This document shows positions 60,222-64,000 of a DNA stretch of 64,000 nucleotides, in pieces. Position numbers and translations under genes: made by a program. Location of the stretch: positions 60,934-124,933 of IMG/VR virus record IMGVR_UViG_3300027205_000173; one strand, given 5' to 3'. Origin of the DNA: a virus. Taxonomy: Duplodnaviria; Caudoviricetes. Below the pieces are notes generated by a model. The model ran no database searches and had not been told where the DNA came from. It saw only the letters and a list, made by a program, of their open reading frames with translations. Position 1 is the stretch's first letter. The number at the start of each line of letters is the position of its first letter.

Positions 60222-60401
60222 ATGTCCAAGACCCAAATTGAACTGATTAAAATCATTGAAAGCCTTGTTTCACAAATTGAACTGACCAAAGTCATTGAAG
60301 GCCTTCTTGCACAAATGTCTCAACAGTCCTCTCAGCAAGCACAAAAAATTGCGTCGCTTGAAGCGACCGTGAACGCCCTCTTGAAGAATACAAATCCATA
60401 G
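60222..60401 (+). CDS. small coiled-coil protein, paralog of 32793..32942
   Basis: AAGGAG RBS; IIESL..QAQKIASLEATV. Confidence 0.7.
   Translation: MSKTQIELIKIIESLVSQIELTKVIEGLLAQMSQQSSQQAQKIASLEATVNALLKNTNP
60234..60311 (+). repeat. 39-nt imperfect tandem duplication
   Basis: CAAATTGAACTGATTAAAATCATTGAAAGCCTTGTTTCA / CAAATTGAACTGACCAAAGTCATTGAAGGCCTTCTTGCA. Confidence 0.85.
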
Positions 60402-60433
60402 AATCCAATCAAACTATGATTTCTATCATTACG

Positions 60434-60457
60434 CCGACGCTTAACACTTCGCGTCGG
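60434..60457. terminator. hairpin between convergent genes
   Basis: CCGACGC-10 nt-GCGTCGG. Confidence 0.4.
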
Positions 60458-60469
60458 TAGTCATTCCTT

Positions 60470-61555
60470 CTAGTCTTCTTCAACTAGAGGGATGCTATTG
60501 AGTTCGTACCAACCCTTGCCCCAGAGGGTTTGTAGCCGCGTAAAATACTTTTCATACATAAGCCCCACCGCATCGAGGCCGTAGCGGTCCTTGGAGTACT
60601 GGCTTATTGCTTTACGGTCAAGGTTTTTTGCCGCCTCCGCAGCATCCATAAATTCTTGCAAAGTATGACACCTGAAGCCAGTGACGCCATCAATGACAGT
60701 CTCCGTAAACGCCCCCCAGTCGGTTGAGATAACAGGAGAACCACATGCCATTGCTTCTATAGCAACGGTACCAAAAGGTTCAACATAGATAGTTGGGGTA
60801 AATGTAGCGATTGCCCCACCCATGAGTTTTGAGCGTTCTTCAGTCCCAACTACGCCCACGTATTCACCGTAAGAAGGTGGAGTTCCCTGACCAGCAATCA
60901 CTAGACGCTTGCCGAGCGCCTTGCATACATCTACAGCAACCTGATAACCCTTACGCTCCGTCAGTCGACCTATGTATAGGTAGTAGTCGTCGGGCTCTTC
61001 TTGTAGGGTAAAGTCATCAATGTCGATATAACTTGGGATAACGGTGTCAAAGAATTTGCCGTCAAGAGTGTGAGGGTCGTTGACTTTAGACCCATAACAG
61101 GCATGCATCCATGCGTAGGACTCAAACACCTTATAGTTAGCAAACCACCCGCCATATCCAATCCCAAACTCCACGCTCAGTTCGTTGGGGAAGGCATCAG
61201 CAATTGGCTTAGATGCATATCCAGTTATGAGACAGATGAAATCCTTGTGTTCTAGGCGTTCTTGAATACCCTTGATGACGTTGCCGTTGAACTCAACCCA
61301 ATGAGGTAGGTTCCAGTCGAATGACGCGGCGGAGTAGTGGTTGTTGCCCACGGCCTTTAGTCGTTGCTCCTCAGTAATGCACATGATGTGCTCATCGCAA
61401 GGTGCTTCATTGAACTCGCCACCATAAAGAAATACGGTGTGCCCGAGGTTCTTCATCATGATTGCAAATTTCCGCACCTTCTCTGTATAAGCGCAGGCAG
61501 TGAAGGTTTCGGTCGTATTTGTATGCGGCAAACTTACTAAGTGAAAACGCATCAT
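60470..61555 (-). CDS. GT4-family (GT-B) glycosyltransferase
   Basis: LYIGRLTERKG, EPFGTVAIEAMACGSPVISTDWGAFTETVIDGVTGF. Confidence 0.9.
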   Translation of the reverse strand: MMRFHLVSLPHTNTTETFTACAYTEKVRKFAIMMKNLGHTVFLYGGEFNEAPCDEHIMCITEEQRLKAVGNNHYSAASFDWNLPHWVEFNGNVIKGIQERLEHKDFICLITGYASKPIADAFPNELSVEFGIGYGGWFANYKVFESYAWMHACYGSKVNDPHTLDGKFFDTVIPSYIDIDDFTLQEEPDDYYLYIGRLTERKGYQVAVDVCKALGKRLVIAGQGTPPSYGEYVGVVGTEERSKLMGGAIATFTPTIYVEPFGTVAIEAMACGSPVISTDWGAFTETVIDGVTGFRCHTLQEFMDAAEAAKNLDRKAISQYSKDRYGLDAVGLMYEKYFTRLQTLWGKGWYELNSIPLVEED

Positions 61556-62166
61556 TTCCCCTTGAATACCGCTAAAACAACACTATCCACACAGGAATGA
61601 ACCTTTGATGTTGCATACATCTCGTAAGTAAGACCAGTTTTGTCAAAGTATTCTTTTAATTCAGATGAACGCTGTTCCCAACTATCCATATTGTAGTTCT
61701 CGTAAAGAATGTCCTCTATAAGGTAAATGCCATCATCTTCAAGGAAATCAAACATGTTCTCAAAAGTGGAAATTGTCAAATCAAGAACATGCGAAGCGTC
61801 ATCCAGGATGATGTCAACCTTATTGCCGATTGAGTTCTTTAAATCTAAAAAGGTTTCTGGGCGTGACTGGTCAACGAAAAATGTTTGAATATTGCCACTC
61901 TCGAAAAGTAGATGAGACTTTATATCTGCCCCATAAATTTTTGTTTCAGGAAACATTTGCGTCCAAGCAAAGAGGTCAGTATTATGAGTATCTCCAAGAA
62001 AAAGACCAATTTCCAAGAATGCTGTTGGCGACATATCGGATAAAAGGTGTGAGTATATGTCCTCGTACCCATGATACGAAGATTTGTCTGAACCCACGGC
62101 GGTCATCCAAAAAGCAAGTTTTTGGGAGAACTCTTCGTTATATGAATATTGTGTGTGTAAAATCAT
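61552..62166 (-). CDS. class I SAM methyltransferase, sugar O-methyltransferase-like
   Basis: SDK..HGY..Y, FLEIG, IYGADI, VDQS, DIILDDASH, GIYLIED. Confidence 0.8.
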   Translation of the reverse strand: MILHTQYSYNEEFSQKLAFWMTAVGSDKSSYHGYEDIYSHLLSDMSPTAFLEIGLFLGDTHNTDLFAWTQMFPETKIYGADIKSHLLFESGNIQTFFVDQSRPETFLDLKNSIGNKVDIILDDASHVLDLTISTFENMFDFLEDDGIYLIEDILYENYNMDSWEQRSSELKEYFDKTGLTYEMYATSKVHSCVDSVVLAVFKGK

Positions 62167-62439
62167 GTTGTTCAAAAACTCCAAAAGTGTTTCACGGTTG
62201 ATGAGGGCGCAAGCCGCCAATTCCCTTACCGTACCACCTCAGCGCAAGTGGCGCACGGGCCGAAGTAAAAAATATTGGTCGCACGAGGGGTTCATTGAGG
62301 CCTTGGATGGGCGGTTGGGGTACTATTCAGACGGATACTCCCCCGGGTGCGGTGGCGACTATTGTTTATAACAAAGTAGTTAATGATAGCCTCGTTGTAC
62401 GCTAAACTGAGTAGTGAACGTTCATGAAGGAGGCCACGG

Positions 62440-62766
62440 ATGGCTTTTACACAAAAACGCCTTGCTGGCCCGCAAGCGATGGCAACTTCTGCAGGAAACA
62501 TTTATACGACGCCAGCATCGACGTCAACGATTGTTAAACAAATCATGCTTTGTAATACTGATTCTGCAACACAAACTGCAACTCTTTACGTTGCCGACTA
62601 CACAGCCGCCGCCGCCGCAAAAACAATTTTTAAAGCGATTTCATTAGACCCCAGCGAAACAACCATTTTAAACCTATCGCTCGTTTTGGCTACTGGAGAA
62701 AAAATTTCTGGTTTAGCATCAAACGCTGGCGTGACGATTACGATAAGCGGAATCGAAGAGGCATAA
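62440..62766 (+). CDS. small virion protein
   Basis: AGGAGG RBS; IYTTPA..TIVKQIMLCN..L.L.TGE.I...ISG.E. Confidence 0.7.
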   Translation: MAFTQKRLAGPQAMATSAGNIYTTPASTSTIVKQIMLCNTDSATQTATLYVADYTAAAAAKTIFKAISLDPSETTILNLSLVLATGEKISGLASNAGVTITISGIEEA

Positions 62767-62769
62767 AGT

Positions 62770-63309
62770 ATGACAGTAAAGAACGTTCCCGCAAAAGTTC
62801 GCATTAATAATATCGACACCATTGTTGAACTTAACGCAACCGAGATACTGACCAATAAGACCCTAACTGCCCCAACTATCAATGCTGGAACAGTTAGTAA
62901 GGCTGTTCTTACTATGCCGGTAGAACAACTCACCTACTCAACGACGGCAAACCTCCCCGGCACCGCATCAGCACTAGGCGTACAAACAATTGACGTCACT
63001 ACAGCAACGGCATACTTTTTCAATCCCACAACCGGAAAAAGCGTGACATGGGTTCCAACATTCACAAACGTAGGGACACTCCTTGACGCAGACGGCAAAT
63101 CTGTTACGGTCACAATTATTGCAAAAATTGCTTCAAGTGCTGGATATTCTAGTACAATCACCCTAGCAACGAGTACTCTCGTTTGGCAAGGTGGCGTCAC
63201 TCCATCATCAGCCAACACCAGTGCCGGAATCGATGCTTACACCTATACGATAGTTAGGACTGCAGCAAGTACATATACTGTATTTGCCTCACGAACACGG
63301 TTCGCGTAA
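62770..63309 (+). CDS. fibre adaptor protein, paralogous to the C-terminus of 25983..28688
   Basis: EILTNKTLT; WQGG..PSS...IDAY.Y..V.T....YTVFAS.T.F. Confidence 0.75.
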   Translation: MTVKNVPAKVRINNIDTIVELNATEILTNKTLTAPTINAGTVSKAVLTMPVEQLTYSTTANLPGTASALGVQTIDVTTATAYFFNPTTGKSVTWVPTFTNVGTLLDADGKSVTVTIIAKIASSAGYSSTITLATSTLVWQGGVTPSSANTSAGIDAYTYTIVRTAASTYTVFASRTRFA

Positions 63310-64000
63310 TGCCTATTATCTCGTCGTTTACCGGGGTGGCAGCAAGAGGTTTTGGTTTTACTAACGGCCTACCACCGTTGCCGCCAACGGACATATCTTT
63401 TGCTACGTCGGAACTGAACGCTGTAGTTACATTTACGACGACTCCAACTTCATATCCCGTTGATATTGTTCAAGCAAAAATTATGCAAGGTGCAACACTA
63501 ATATCCGACTGGGCGACAGTGACGAGCGGCGGAAACATTTCTGCTTCAAACCTCACTCCAGCACTTTCATATACCGTCTATTTTAGAACACGTGATACTG
63601 GTGGGCAAATCAGTCAAGAAGTTAGCCAAACATTTACAACAATAGTAGAAACCCCTCCTGGAGCGCCGACTTTCTCTTTGGCGGTTGCTTCTAGTGATGC
63701 CGGAACATTCAAATTTAATATCACCTCAACTGGCGGAACTGCAGGGACGTACTCACGAATAACTCAATATAGAATTGAAACCTCCGCAGGAGCACAACTA
63801 TTAGATTGGACGACAATTTCGTCAAACTCAGGAACGGTCACTGCCTATGGTGCCGACACCTATAATGGCACTGGAGCACTCAGCCCTGCGACGACATATA
63901 GAGTTCGTTTAAAGACGGTTGCGGATACATCGGGAACAATTACGTATTCCTCTCCTGCATATCAAGAAGTGACCACTAACGGCATTGTCGCTCCCAATGC
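63309..64000 (+). CDS. FnIII-like fibre protein, 3'-truncated
   Basis: TAATG coupling; MPIISSFTGVAARGFG.., NLTPALSYTVYFR, LSPATTYRVRL; open to the window end. Confidence 0.75.
   Translation, partial: MPIISSFTGVAARGFGFTNGLPPLPPTDISFATSELNAVVTFTTTPTSYPVDIVQAKIMQGATLISDWATVTSGGNISASNLTPALSYTVYFRTRDTGGQISQEVSQTFTTIVETPPGAPTFSLAVASSDAGTFKFNITSTGGTAGTYSRITQYRIETSAGAQLLDWTTISSNSGTVTAYGADTYNGTGALSPATTYRVRLKTVADTSGTITYSSPAYQEVTTNGIVAPN

Noticed and set aside
62200-62225. SAH/SAM riboswitch near the methyltransferase
   Set aside because: GAGGGCGCAAGC only loosely resembles the SAH motif, is on the wrong strand and lacks the partner elements.

Overview
A 64-kb segment of a large contractile-tailed (myovirus-like) dsDNA phage in the standard genetic code. 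The host is probably an actinobacterium, inferred from leaderless TAnnnT promoters, an r1t-type holin and a DUF6011 gene. Layout: (1) 1-13.5 kb holds small accessory genes, an anthrax-lethal-factor-like Zn protease, a HiPIP-like Cys protein, RuvC, ParB-like proteins, tRNA-Asn and an IbrA/IbrB-like PAPS-reductase/ParB pair. (2) 13.5-47.8 kb is a neck-tail-baseplate module: sheath, tube, chaperone with a predicted -1 frameshift, tape measure with an M15 peptidase, hub, spike fused to a fibre, gp25/J/I-like wedges and holin. It also carries a large set of mosaic fibres, including a 2210-aa (Gly-X-Thr)n collagen-like protein and an FnIII protein ending in 17 tandem PP(F/Y/Q)F units. (3) 47.8-62.2 kb, starting 8 nt after the PPFF tail, is a modification island with ten Fe(II)/2OG dioxygenases, DUF6065, an atypical glutathione peroxidase, two methyltransferase-fold proteins, a GT60 (hydroxyproline GlcNAc-transferase-like) enzyme and a GT4 glycosyltransferase. 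(4) 62.4-64 kb holds further fibre genes. The best candidate novel system is a phage-encoded hydroxylation-glycosylation-methylation pathway acting on the proline-rich and collagen-like virion appendages. All family calls come from motif recognition by eye; no searches were run.
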